49,338 nt of DNA from Lama guanicoe (lineage: Eukaryota), in contig MU053088.1 in NCBI GenBank assembly GCA_013239625.1, positions 1 through 49,338 on the forward strand, written 5' to 3'. A model generated the notes under the pieces. That model was not told the DNA's origin. It ran no database searches and saw only the letters and a program-made list of their open reading frames with translations. Position numbers and translations under genes: made by a program. Shown piece by piece: positions 12,591 through 25,528 of the stretch (its first letter is position 1; each line of letters begins with the position of its first letter).

Positions 12591-14801
12591 GCCTACATGA
12601 TAGACTTTACTATTTTATTGGTGTCAAACGCTGATCTGTTCTTCCTCCTTCCCCTAAATATCCCGTGGAAGGTCAGTCGTCCTTTCCTTGCTTTCCAGCG
12701 CAAGGTCTTGGAGAACTGACGCTGTAAGATGTTGAGGCAAAGAAGAGAGCTCACACTGACTTTCTGAGCAAAGGTAGAGGTGTGTGCCACAGCATAGTTT
12801 GCATCACTGCATCCACTTTGAGATGACTACAAGGCTGTTCAACATAGGAATTAAAGCAGAAGATAATCATTTTGTTTGGAGAATGTAGTTTTATTTTCTG
12901 TCATTTGCTTATATTGCAGTAAAGAAAGCTAATATTGTCCATATAAAGATTCTTTCATGATCTCTAATCTTTATTGGAGCTTTCTGCTCTGGATCCTAGT
13001 AAACAAACTTCCCAAGTTACTGTCCCTTTGGCCTCGGATACGCAATACCAGTGATCTTTGGTTCTGCACTCTCTGCTCTCTCCATGATGTCGCTCCACAT
13101 TGCTCTGCCTTTACAGCCTCAGACAATGCCCACCTCTTTTGTGTGGTGGGGCCACTCTCTTTGTAGTGGGACAGGCTTTGAAGCCCTTCAAGAAAAAGCT
13201 GATTTTGCTGAATCTCATACTCACGGAACTTGACCTGGTTGTAGATGTGTTTCTACTCGGTGACTAAATGCCTTAGATTCCTATACAGGGGAATGTAGCT
13301 AGTACGCTGTTTGCTAAGTGAAAGACCTGTATTCGCCATGTCCTCATATGCTCTTGCTTTTATTTATTTTTCATCAACTTTGTTAGTTCCATGTTTGGCT
13401 CAGGACTGATGAAATGAGAATTTAAGTTTGTTGTGGTGTCAGTTGCTGCTGTCATTCCTACTCCTGCCCTTTTGTCAGGCTCTCATCATGCTGCAGTCAC
13501 ACAAGAACTTAAGCTTGGGATGAACACACTGGGAATTCCATGAACAGAGTATGTACGGTAGGCATGTTGGATTCTCCTCTCCCCAAAGTATAACCAGAAT
13601 GGATTGGACTAAGCTCAAACCCTTTGGGGGCTTTGATGCTTGCTTCATCCTAATCTCCTTTTTCATGAAGCTCTGCGGCCGCTGAGCTCTTCTTTTTCTC
13701 TGCAGCTAACATAGGATGCCCATTGTGTCTTCATCTGTTGCTCTTAAAAAACTGATAAGCTCTCCCCTTTAGGGAAGTCCATTTTTAAGCATGCTGATGT
13801 TTCTCAAGATCCTTGGATGTAGAAGTTTACAGACTTGAAGGGAAGTACCTTGGTTAACTCTAAGGTGTTTTAGGCTTACATAGCCCCTTTCCTTGGTGGA
13901 CTGACCACAGCAAACAAGGATTAGGAAGAATTAGGACGAGAGATGACTTGAATAAATTACCCAAGTGCACAAAGCTTATAAATGGCAAATCTGGGATTCA
14001 AATCTAGGCCTTACGGTTCCATAATCTGTGCTTTGTGAGGTTCACTTCTCTTCATACTGATGCTCTTTTATGTCACTTGTCACAGTTGCAATTTTACATT
14101 TGTGTCTTGTTCATGATAAGCACTCAGGATTTGTTAAGTAAACAAACAACATGTATACAGGTAAGTGGAGTACAATGCAGGTGAATATAGTGGCAGGTAG
14201 TATTTAAGGTTGGCAGGCATGGGCATATCAATGTCATGGGTTGTCAAAGATAGATAATATGTAAAGATACCAATACATAGGCAATAAGTCAGTGTAAGTG
14301 AGATTGTGTAAAATACAGTGCCATTTTAGCCATGGACCTGGAATTCAGGAAAGAATTTTATTTTCAAGGAGATCAGTAAGACTGAAATTCACAAGTAACC
14401 TAAAGTAGCTGAAAGCACATGAAGGTATATGTAGACTTAATGAAAACTATCAAGGTTTCAGTTGTGAAATGACGTGATGAAGCCAGAACCAGATAAACAT
14501 AAATTTTTTCTTGTTTCTGAGTTCCAGTGTGCCTTGTATTCACCTGCTAAGACAATATTTGTTCTGGAAGCCTAAGGATCCAGGGAATTGGAGCTAGGCG
14601 TCAGTAATTTGTTAATGTATCATCTCAACCTTGCATTACTGATGAGTTCTTAATCAGATTCAGTGCTTGTGGAGTTGAGAGTTCTGCTGATTTGCAGTTT
14701 CTGTTTAATTGTTGAACAACTTCCTAGATTATATCAGAAAGATTCATCCTAATATCTCATGTCTTAATAGTTTAGTACAATGCAACTTATTTCATATTTT
14801 T

Positions 14802-15026
14802 TAACATTTTTATTGATTTATAATCATTTTACAATGTTGTGTCAAATTCCAGTGTTCAGCACAATTTTTCAGTCATACATGGACATATACACACTCATTG
14901 TCACATTTTTTTCTCTGTGAGCTACCATAACATTTTGTGTATATTTCCCTGTGCTATACAGTATAATCTTGTTTATCTATTCTACGATTTTGAAATCCCA
15001 GTCTATCCCTTCCCACCCTCCACTCC
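14802..15026 (-). mobile_element. Short young LINE-1 3' end with perfect 16-bp TSD
   Basis: CTTATTTCATATTTTT at 14786-14801 and 15027-15042; the target reads TTTT/AAAA on the minus strand. Confidence 0.88.
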
Positions 15027-15549
15027 CTTATTTCATATTTTTAAAATGCATTTTGTGAAAAATGACTGACTGGGCTGAATCCTCATTCATTATTTAATTT
15101 ATTTGATATTCAGTTCATTCCTTAATCTTTAATAAGCAGTTATTTTGTTAGCTTTTTAGAATAAGATAATGAAAAAATATAGATCCTGTTGCTATCCTTA
15201 CAAAGACACTAACTCTTAATATACAATATGATAGAAATTTGCTAGATAAAAATAGAGAGGACAGTTTAAACTGAAGTCCATAAAGGAGAAAAACTGTAAA
15301 GAGTTTGAGAATCTAAAGGAAGTTCACTATAAATAAATTATAGGTTACAAGGAAGAAGGCAAGGCAGTGAGGCTAATGAGAGATGAGACTGTATAGGTTA
15401 AAAAAAAGCTCAAATTACTAATTGTGTACCATCTGTACTGAAGATTATCCAAATGTCAGAGGATATTACTAAAGGTGTTTAAGGAAGTGAATGATATCAT
15501 TACATTTTATAAAATTGATTCACACATCTGTGCTGGAAATAAATCTAAA

Positions 15550-15975
15550 AGGATAAACAAAATGTGCTATGTATATATATGTATATGTATATATATACAC
15601 ACACCATACACACACACATACATGCAGTGGAAAATTATTTGACCTTAAAAAGGAATGAAATCCTGTCACATGCTACAATATGGATAAACCTTGCGGCCAT
15701 TATGCTAAGGGAAATAAGACAGCACAAAAAGACAAATACTGTATGATGCCACTTGTATGAAGTATCTAAAGTAGTCATAGCCATAGAAACAGAAAGTAGA
15801 ACCGTGCTTACTAAGGTCTGGGTGAAGGAGAAATGGGGAGTTGTTTAACAGGTAACAGTTTTCAGTTTTGCAAGATGAAAAAGTTCTGGAGATCTGCTGC
15901 AAAGCAACGTGAATGCACTTATTGCCACTGAACTATACACTTAAATGGGTAAGATGGTTAAGTTTATGTTACATG
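15550..15975 (+). mobile_element. Old LINE-1 3' end (L1MA/MB-like)
   Basis: AAAAGGAATGAAATCCTGTCACATGCTACAA...GATGAAAAAGTTCTGGAGATC motifs. Confidence 0.85.
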
Positions 15976-15984
15976 GTTTAAGAC

Positions 15985-16612
15985 TATCTTCTGAGCATTT
16001 TCAGCTTTATAGCAAAATTGAGAGAGATTCCCCAGATACTCCCTGTCCCCATATGTGCATAGTATAACCTCCATTATCAGCATCCCCTACCGGAGAGGAG
16101 TCATTGTTACAGTTGATGGACTTATACTGACACATCATAACCACCCGAAGTGGTTACAGTTCACTCTTGGTATTGTACATTCTGTGAATTTGGACACTTG
16201 TATAATGACATGTACCCATCATTAAAATATCGGATAAAGTATTTTCATTGCCCTAAAAATCCTCTGTGCTCTTGCCTGTTTATCTCTCCCCTGACAAATC
16301 CTGGCAACTATTGATCTTTCCACTGCCTTCACAGTTTTGCCTTTTCAAGAATGTCACATAGTTGGAATATACAGTATATAGCCTTTTCAGATAGACTTCT
16401 TTTTTCACTTACTAATATGCATTTGAGGTTCCTCCATATCTTGTCATGGCTTAATAGCTCCTTTATGTTTGGTGCTGAGCAGTAAGTATTCCATGGTCTG
16501 GATGCGCCACAGATTGTATATCCATTCACCTACTGAGCGGTATGTTGGTTGCTTCCAAGTTTGGCAGTTATATAAAACGCTGCTTACACTTCTGTGTGCA
16601 GGGTTTTGTGTG
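15985..16612 (-). mobile_element. Old LINE-1 3' region (L1MB/MC-like)
   Basis: Typical antisense L1 3'UTR motifs (TTTTGCCTTTTCAAGAATGTCACATAGTTGGAAT). Confidence 0.8.
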
Positions 16613-17664
16613 GAATGTTATATGTTTTTTTCCTTAACCATAATATAATCTAATATTAAAAGCTGATGTAACAATGCTCAGACACAAAAATCCAAAGAAG
16701 GAAACATGGTGTTCTAACCTTGAGTAGCAATAGTGCACATGAAGAAAGGTAATTATATTAAATTTTTAACTTTTTAGGAAGTAGAATCACATTGACCCAT
16801 GTTATTTATTACTCTAGGGAAATAAGCTGCATAATTAATTTGGGTAAGGAAAGAATAATTTCACTTCTGATATATTGCTTTTGAACTGTACATCAGACAT
16901 CCATGGACCATTGGAAATACATGTTTGGACTCAGGAAATAAATTTTAGGCATAAAAATACATTGAATTCTGGGGAAGGTCAGTAGAATTCAACAGTTACC
17001 AATACTCTTTCTGCAGCAGCCTTTTTATGACAATAATTCACATTAAAGATGATACCTAAACAGAAGGCAAGAATCTCCTAGAGGGTAATGTATTGAGTAT
17101 TGGGTGATGGGGAGGGGTATGTTATTTTCGAATGCCCCTTGATGGATTTGATATAAGCTTTTCCCTGCCAAGTGGAAGTTGCATCTCATTGCCCTATTTT
17201 AAATAACTGATTGATAATAATTAAAGATATGGCAGTAGATGAAATTTTTTAGACAGATTTTATTGTATGAGAAAGGGCCATGGAAAATCCTGAGGCACAG
17301 TACAATTTAAGAAATGAATAGAAGAAAAAATTCCTTTGTTTTGAATAGAATTACAAAATCCCAACAATTGTATTCCTTAACTTTTCTCTATAGCTATTTT
17401 TGTTTGTTTATTTTTGCTTTTGTTTTACAGCTGTTTGTTTTAAAACTGAGGTTAAGTGGGGTAAAAATTGGGAGGAGAGACAGGGAAAGGCAGGGAGAGG
17501 AGGTGTTCTATAAATAATGTTTCTGTTCTGTTCTTGACTGCTTGGCTGTTCGTCCTTCTTCTTACCTCTTAGATCTGTGGAATTAAAGCAGGTATAGAAT
17601 GACAGTTTCCCAAAGGTGCACTGAGGTGCCCTCCAGGGCACCACAGCAGCTACATAGGGGTGCT

Positions 17665-18080
17665 GTCAAAAAAAAATTGTACCCAGTAGACAGGCAAGGA
17701 AGATTTTATTCAATACTGTTGCAACAGAGAAGAGAGACTGAACTCAACTCTGCTGAAACCAAAGGCAGGAGAATTTGAAAATGTTGGGGTAGGTGAGTGG
17801 AGAAATACTGAAGGCCATGAAGGGTGAATCTGGTCAAAGTAATTAGGTCATCGGTCTTTCCTACTTTAGCAAACAATGATGTTAGGTTTATATCCTCCAA
17901 CAGAGACTGGAAGATAGGGGCATTGTGTTTCTTGATGGTTACATTTCAAAGGGATGGCTCACAGATACTTGAGAAAGACATTTCTGGGTTGTAAACAACT
18001 GGCAAGAGGCTGGGTGATTTACAACTCAAAGGGGCAGAGAAAGAACTTACAATGGGAAGTTTTCTGAAGTAAATGATGTA
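17665..18080 (-). mobile_element. ERV LTR-like fragment
   Basis: Starts TGTC, has an antisense AATAAA (TTTATT ~17705) and LTR-like composition; family not assigned. Confidence 0.5.
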
Positions 18081-18169
18081 ATGAGGTCCTCTGCCCATTT
18101 TTTAATCAGGCTGTTTTATTTTGTTTTTCTTTTTGTTTTTGTTTGATATTGAATTGTATGAATTATAGT

Positions 18170-18465
18170 TTGTAAAGGCTTGATGAGGGCTGAAGGATTC
18201 ACTTCCAGGGTCACTCACATGACTGTTTAGAGACTCCATATAATAGATCACAACATGACTTCCCCTAGAGCAAGTGATGAGAGAGACAGAGAGAAGGAAT
18301 GAATCAGAATTTACACTGCCTTTTATAACCTAATCTTGGAAGTTCCATACTCTCACTTTTGCCGTATTCTGTTTTTCACACTAAACAGTCTTGGTACAAT
18401 ATGGGAGAAGGCTGTATGCCAAGAGCCATGGACCACTGGAGGCCAATTTGAGGCTGGCTACTGTA
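18170..18465 (-). mobile_element. Old MLT1-type LTR fragment
   Basis: GGATTCACTTCCAGG...CACAACATG...TTTTATAACCTAATCTTGGAAGT...GAGGCTGGCTAC motifs. Confidence 0.55.
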
Positions 18466-20346
18466 GTAACCTATAGGCAGGAATAGAGAATGTAGTCAAA
18501 TTCGCAGAGGGTGATTTTGCCAATGGATAAACTGGAAGCATATTGGGAAATGAATTAAGAATTTTGACAAGAGATTAGGTAAACTGCTGGGATATGAAAT
18601 TTGGTCTATAAGTGAAAAAAAATGGAAGATCTGTTAGGTAGGAGAGAAGTATAGCAATATTGGAGTTGGATAACTAAAAGGAGTCTGAAATTACTACTTC
18701 AAATTATTATTTGAATAATATTTGGAGATTATTGGAAAAGGAATTGTTAAGTCAGGATGTGGAAATTGACATGGTATGGAAACAAAGACCGTAAGTTAAG
18801 GGTTGAGGTCTTTATTATATTAGAAGTGACAGAGTTCAAGACATAGATGAGGAGAGAATATTTTTAGTCAAGTGATCTAAGTGTCAAAGAAACATTAAAC
18901 AGCTCTCTACTCATGAGCAAATAAGAGAAACAGGTTGGAAAGCATCAAAGTAGAGGAACTCTAGGTCACAGTTTTAGTGTTCATTGGATGTAGGACTTGA
19001 AAAGATGTCATAGAAAGCCATTTCCACATCAACAAGACATTTTTTAATTAAAAACAAAAATGATGGCCCAAGGATGTATGGAAAATTGTTTTCCATAGAA
19101 TTGAGTTTTCAGAGAACATGAGTTACAGGACGGGGTAAAAAGAAGGGCGAAGTTGAGAGGAGTGCAGGGTAGAATACGATGACGATCTAAAGGCTCTCAT
19201 ATTCAAGAATGCGCAAAGATACAAGGGTGTGAGATGAAATGAATTTGACTGGTTATAAATTTAACAAGAAAATTAATTTCAGCATCCCACCAGTCTACTG
19301 GTGTCTGAGGGTGGGCTATGTGGTAGCCTGTGTAGGCTATGACTCTGAATTTCAACCTTCTCAGGATTTAGCTGCAACCCTGGGTGGAATCTTTTCAAGA
19401 AATTCAACTTGGTAGTGAATGCCGGAGCCCTCATAGCTCGTGATCTAAATGAAAATACTGTATCATGTTTGACGGTTGAAGGGAGTAACATTTCTGCAGC
19501 AATGGTTGAGCCTCTAGTGTGTGATGATACTCTTTGAAATGGATATGAAGCTTAGTGGAACAATATACTCTACACGATAGATGGTGGGTGGGGGCACTAA
19601 TATAAAAAAGACATGATTCAGTTATGAGAGGTGAAAGATTTATTGATTCTACCATATGCAAGTTTGAAAAAGTTGCAGAAGTTTTGTAAGTCACTAGCTT
19701 TCACTGAGCTTGATTTCTTACTGTCTGCTGCAATATTAAACTTGTTGACAATGGTGGTGGTAATGGAGAAATGAAGAAAAGAAGTTGCCTATTTATGTGC
19801 ATTGTAAAAGGATAATTCAAGCACTCTATCTCAAGTACAGCACCCATTCTATACAATGTTCTTTGTTTTTTTGACATGTTTGAAAGACCATAATTTTCTT
19901 GAAAGGAGAAGATACATTTAATTTGTATTTGTACTTTCAGTGCCTAATACAGTACCTAGCCCATAGTAGGTGCAGAGGGATATTATTTTCATTGCTCAAT
20001 TTAAGATACAAAAAATTTAACTGAAACTTGCCTAAAGTTAACAATAGTCAATTTAAAAATTAGAGAGAAAAAAGCTATTTACACGAAAGACTTTGCTGAC
20101 TCAATATTTATTCACTGTATTTATATTTTTCTATGTATGGATTTTGCTGTCAGTTTAGCTTCATTAAGCTTTGAAGATAAGATTCTACCAGTGGCAATTG
20201 AGAATTGTTCTCACTTAATTAGGAAAGAGCTATTTGAATCCTGATCCCCACCTTGAAAGTCATCTCATAATTTCTTTTAGAGATAGATATAAAACACATC
20301 TGAAGATCTTATTCCTATCATTTTGCTATTATCAGTAATTACTTAC

Positions 20347-20447
20347 CTTAGTAAAATCACCGTGTTCAGGTAAACTTGTATGCAAAAGGTTAATAATTCC
20401 CTAGGCTTATCTCTCTTCTATTACTTTTCTTCATTTTATGCAAATTT
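20347..20447 (-). pseudogene. Pseudo-exon (101 nt, phase 1-0) of RGS-like pseudogene
   Basis: CACTAG| ... AAG|GTAAGT (perfect donor); ICIK*RKVIEER*A*GIINLLHTSLPEHGDFTK. Confidence 0.55.
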
Positions 20448-20736
20448 CTAGTGTTGCAAATATAACAGTGATGTGAATTAAATGAAAATAGGTTGCCAGT
20501 TGTTTGGGGACTTTTATTCTTCAATTCTTAATGGTCACAAAAACAAACATACACTTACGAATTTATCTTTACAAGCTTTTTTCAAAAAATGCATCAGTAT
20601 TTCTATCCTTTCCACCACCCTCAATCTCTAGCTTGGAATTTCATTAGGAAAATAAAACTTACAAAATGAAAACGACAATCAATCTTCTTTTATTTAGGAA
20701 CAAATTAAATTGCACTTCTAAAGTAATGATTTTTAC

Positions 20737-21119
20737 CTTAAAGCAGTGATAAGTATCTTGCTGCTCTGTCAAGGTTTCTCACCTTCTTATCTTACAACAG
20801 TTAACCTTAATAATCCCCTCCCTTTCAAACTCTTCCTGACTTATGGTTCTTTAAGCACTTCTGTTAAGCTTGATCCTTTACTTACACTTGGTCTCTACTG
20901 GAATCAGTGTCACTATGAGGATTGTAAATGGATTCTGCTGAAAATCAAGTTCTTCAGACACTCTTAAACTAACGTTTTGCTTTTTTTTTTTCCTTTCCCC
21001 TTCTGGTAATTGATATCTGGTGAAATAGATTTTTCACCACGTTTTTATAGCTTCCTCTAAGCAAAATTACAGGATACCAAATTCTGATTTTTTTTTGATC
21101 TTTCAGTATTTGATAATGC
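20737..21119 (-). pseudogene. Pseudo-exon of RGS-like pseudogene (alternative donor GTAAGT after 20886)
   Basis: CACTAG| with a phase-1 start matching the previous exon: GIIKY*KIKKKSEFGIL*FCLEEAIKTW*KIYFTRYQLPE...; after a frameshift SLTEVLKEP*VRKSL (RGS helix 2-3-like); donor AAG|GTAAAA. Confidence 0.55.
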
Positions 21120-21600
21120 CTAGTGAGCATGTTGATACATATGAAAATAAGAGGGTATGGACCCATAATGCCAGACTTTAAAAATATGTATTTTAATGTG
21201 GAAATTGCATTTTCAGAATCTTAAAGTGAGTTCTGTGCTTAGCATCTTATCTATGTGAATATGTCCACTATTGTCCTAGCTTTCAGTAATATTTCCAGCT
21301 GTTAGAGAATTACAGTGCTATTTATATGAATGACATTTATTTTAGAATATACTTTTTTTTTGTAGTTAATAACCATCTTCCCCAATTGTCATTCTTGACA
21401 ATAAGAAAAACTATTCTAGATTAGCTTTAAATTGCTTAACTATTATTGTTTTCATATGTTTAGGTATTTATTTGTTTATAAACATCTCATTTAATTGTCT
21501 TACTTTGAAAAGGAAATATCTTCCTCATTTTATCCCTCAGGACCTTAGGTAGCCAAATCAAAAGATGTATGTTTGCAATAAACTAAGAGTTGAGGTCTGC

Positions 21601-21649
21601 TTTTGCTTTTGTTTTTTGTTTTTTGTTTTTTGTTTTTTGTTTTTTTTTG
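21601..21649. repeat. (TTTTTTG)n-type microsatellite
   Basis: Seen directly. Confidence 0.9.
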
Positions 21650-22190
21650 CCTGAGATTGGGCTAGCTAATGGTTGAAGTCATTTGAGATCTTATAGTATC
21701 AAAAACAACAGCAGCTCCTCCTGTTATGTACAATGAGTGCAGCACATGCTGAGTACGTCAATATTTTAAGTATTCTAAGTTGTTTTATGTCACAGTTCTG
21801 TGAGGTAAGTAGTGTAAACCTCATGAAAAGAAGAGAAAATACATCCTCAGAAAAGTTAGTTTTCTCAGTGTTATCATGACTAAATAAATGGTAGAGTGGG
21901 AATGTTGACTCAGATACAATGCATATTATATTTATAATCTTTGCTATACAAACAAGTAAAGATTATTATGAAGAGAAACACAAATCCTAAATAAGAAAGA
22001 GTCTCAGAATTAGACAAAGCTTTCTTTCCATCAAACTCAAGGAGGTTGTTACCTTCCTTTTAAAGAATGAATGGTGCAAGAATGAAAACGTAGCTTCTCT
22101 TAAACGTTGAGTTGTAATACATTCATCATTCTTTTGATGTTAGGAAAAATACTCTTATTAGTGCATATATGACTTTTAACTTTCACATTT

Positions 22191-22327
22191 AATTTTTTTT
22201 TGGGGGTAATTAGGTTTATTTTATTTTTATTTACTTATATTTTTAATGGAGGTTCTAGGGATTGTACCTAGGACCTTATGTTTGCTAAGCACTTGCTCTA
22301 CCACTGAACTATGCCCTCGTTGCACTG
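22191..22327 (-). mobile_element. tRNA-derived SINE (camelid Vic-1-like) with 12-bp TSD
   Basis: Antisense GGGATTGTACCTAGGACC...TGCTAAGCAC..GCTCTACCACTGAACTA; ACTTTCACATTT at 22179-22190 and 22328-22339. Confidence 0.85.
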
Positions 22328-22832
22328 ACTTTCACATTTCTAAAAAGCACTGATTACTACTACAGATCTGTGAAAGACATAGTGAAAAAGGGTTTATAAC
22401 TGTTGTACGGGAACATGAGGATGCCAGGATGGGAGAGAGGTCTACTGTGGAAAATGTTTTATATGATCACTTACGTGTGTACTTGTATGTAAGTACTGAA
22501 AAGACACCTACTCCGTCTAATTTCATAAGTGACTTAAAGAGACTCTTAAGTATTTATATCATCTATTTTGATGGTACAATGATTTTGGAATTTTTATAAA
22601 ATGGATTCAAAGTCAAGGCTAGGAAATTAAAGAGTCAATGAAACATAGAATCTGTTTCTTATGGAAGCCAAAGAACAAAGGTGTAAAACTAAAGAATAAA
22701 GGTTTACTAAGTCCTTTTCTGTCCATTTATTTTCTGTCAGTTCACACAGTCTGGATACCATACTTGACAACACAACCCAATGTAAAGGAATAAGATAACA
22801 TTTGCAAAGAATTGGAATAGGTTGACTATTAC

Positions 22833-23247
22833 CTTGTTTCATGTTTTACAGTGCTGCGTAGACTAAAGAATAACCTTCTTTGAAGTAAGGCTCATAAGCC
22901 TCTCTCCGAGACGTGTATTCTATCACAATTCTCATCTCTGCTTTATGGTGATAGAGCAGCTAGGTCAACTGATCTCTGCCTTTTAACTGTGGATGAAAGT
23001 AACATTGACTTGCACCTCATTCATCTTTTTGCAAGAATGCAAAAAAGAAGCTGCATGAAAACTCAGCAGTGGCTGAGTAGAGTAGAAAAATTTCCCCAAA
23101 TTTGGAATTATATTCAGTACTCTCTGCATGGTAATAAACTCTTATTTTTTCAGAGTTATTTAGCAAAAGTGAAGTGTCATGTAAGTTGTGATATATTTTT
23201 GATATCATCAGAACTTCAGCTGTATTCAACAAGTCTCTTTATTCATC
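22833..23247 (-). pseudogene. Pseudo-exon (415 nt, phase 0-1) of RGS-like pseudogene
   Basis: TTTAG| ... AAG|GTAATA; 138 codons in one frame with 4 stops (includes track ORF 23017..23232), ending ...KAEMRIVIEYTSRREAYEPYFKEGYSLVYAAL*NMKQ. Confidence 0.6.
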
Positions 23248-23419
23248 CTAAATTTGAAGTTCATTAGGGATGATAAGCACAGAACTTTTATGAAACTTTA
23301 TGCAGTTCCTCAGTGTACATATCAGTATTTTTTACAGTTAATTGTTATTTATACCTAAGACTTTTCCTTCAGTGGTCAGTAAAATCAAATTATAGTTTCT
23401 GAATTATGTCGTAGTATGA

Positions 23420-23660
23420 TATAATGTATAAGAGGACAAATAGTGGAATGAAATTGCCAAAATTTGAATCTCAGGACTATATTTACTGAGGGACCTTAAT
23501 CAATTTACTTAATTACCTTATTCTTAGATTTCCTTAATTTTCACTCAAGTATGATAATAAGGGTACCTACCTCATAGAGTTTTTACTAGAATTAAATTTC
23601 TAGACATATGTAAAGCACTTAGAATAAGACTGGGTTTAAAGTAAACACTCTAGAAGTTTT
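23420..23660 (+). mobile_element. MIR SINE
   Basis: Degenerate MIR core (TTTGAATCTCAG...GTACCTACCTCATAG...GTAAAGCACTTAGAA). Confidence 0.7.
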
Positions 23661-23899
23661 CTAATAATAATTCCATAATTGTACACATTTTACTCTGTTA
23701 TATGCATTGCTATGCATTTAACTATACATTATAAACATACACGTTCAATTATATACTATAAACATTTCTGTATATCTAGCTACACACTACCAATAGTCTG
23801 TAATTTTACATATTTAACTATATGATATGAGAAAGGTTAGATGTAGTATTTCTAAATCTGTCTTTGCCAATGAAAGGAGAATAAGAACTAGAAGCTTAC

Positions 23900-24085
23900 C
23901 TAGCATCTTTATGATAGATTTAGGTGGAAAGATAATTCTGGCATAAATTATTAAATTCCATTGTTAAAACACACAGAAGCTATTCAAAATGAATTCAAAA
24001 TTTGAGAAAACTTGATGAAGTTAAGGCCTTTTGCATTTGTTAGTCACAACTGTGTATTTTTCCTCCAAACATAGGGAAACACAGC
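23900..24085 (-). pseudogene. Pseudo-exon (186 nt, phase 2-2) of RGS-like pseudogene
   Basis: AAAG| ... |GTAAGC; LCFPMFGGKIHSCD*QMQKALTSSSFLKF*IHFE*LLCVLTMEFNNLCQNYLST*IYHKDA. TTT-TGA sits where the RGS 'FW' motif is expected. Confidence 0.55.
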
Positions 24086-25528
24086 CTTTATGCAGCAGTT
24101 GAAAAAAAAGTGAAATAAATTTAAAAGTGAAAGAGATGGTATAGTTACTACACAGGAGATATTTGGCCCCAAACAAATAGATCTTAGATGAGCTTAGATT
24201 TTTAAAGAGGTCACTGTGGGTTGAAAATCTAAGTAAGGACTGGAGGATAAAGTGAAGTATATAAAATAAATGAACCATAGGGAAAATAAATTTGAGTAGG
24301 GTAGTACAGATTAAGAGAGGATCAAATTAAAAACTTGAATTGTCAAACAGATAAATAACTTAAAATATATTCCGCACGATCACAAAATAATCTTAACTGA
24401 AGAGTGGCAATAAATAATCTCTCCAGCACAAGTAAGGTTTATGGGTTTAAATATCTATGCTTAGAGCTTCATCCATTTAAATAGATAATTGAGAAATCAG
24501 GACTATCACTTAGCAAAGGTATGATTAATATAAATATATATTTATATGATTAAGGTTATATGTCATATATTACATATTACTATGTTTATATTACTGTAAA
24601 TAATAGTGTCTAGCATCATAATGTGCAAAAGCACCTTTTAGACTAAGCATATGACATAATCCTTTGCTTTGAAGATATTACCTTACAAGCACTGAGTTCC
24701 AAGTTTTAAAAATAGGGCAGAAATGGTTTAATTAAGAGAAATAAGATTAAACTGTGTGATATGAACCACAGTGTGAAAAGATTATTAAAATGGGAGATTT
24801 GGAAATATCCTGATACATCATACAGGATTAGAAAGTTATTAGGACTTGTTCATGTAGCATTTTCCAAGAGTGAAACATTAGAGTTGAAAATTTTTTTTAA
24901 CAGTTCTTTAGCTCTAAGGGACGTTTTCTTTTTTTTCTTTTTTTTTTTTTAGTGAATTATTAACTTTAAAAAATGTTAAAATAACATATATCAGAATTTA
25001 TACATATATATTAATTTATTATATAATTTTTGGTTATTTTAACTTTAAAGTACTTTTTTGTTGTTATTTTAATAATCTACACTCACTACCTTCACTGCCT
25101 TGGATTTAATCCACAACAAACTGGCTTTTACCTCTTCATTTGTAATTAAAAAAAATGTATATATATGTGTATATATTTAATATAATATATATTAGGAAAA
25201 GAGAAAGAGGTGATATATATTCAGAATAGCTCTTGGTACTGAGGAACAATAGTAACAAAAATAGACAAGATAGGTACATTTTCACACAGAAGTAGATAAA
25301 TAAGCACAGAAAACGCCTAGAGCTAACGAAATGGTGTGGAATAATTAATGTTAATTTTGTTAAGTATTTGAACAGACCTCTCTGAAGTTGTGATATTCTA
25401 ACTTTTTTCAGAGAAGCTAAAAACACTGCATTATTATGTGAAATATCCTTATTTGTAAAAGTTGGGAGCTAATTAGAAAGTTGACAAATCACCATACAGG
25501 CTATTACTTCATAGGCCAAATTGAGTAT

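Larger units (their letters stand above)
141..24085 (-). pseudogene. Decayed multi-exon gene encoding several RGS-like domains (RGS22/RGSL1-like architecture)
   Basis: At least 10 minus-strand segments bounded by AG acceptors and GT donors. Several junctions are phase-compatible, and manual translations show RGS helix motifs with in-frame stops. The family assignment comes from my recall of the RGS consensus, not from a database search. Confidence 0.7.

Noticed and set aside
19360..19540. ~57 open codons on the + strand after an AG
   Set aside because: No recognisable homology, it ends in a stop, and this length can occur by chance.
20559..20627. 69-nt open minus-strand segment ending in GTAAGT
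   Set aside because: Poor acceptor, and its phase is incompatible with the following pseudo-exon.
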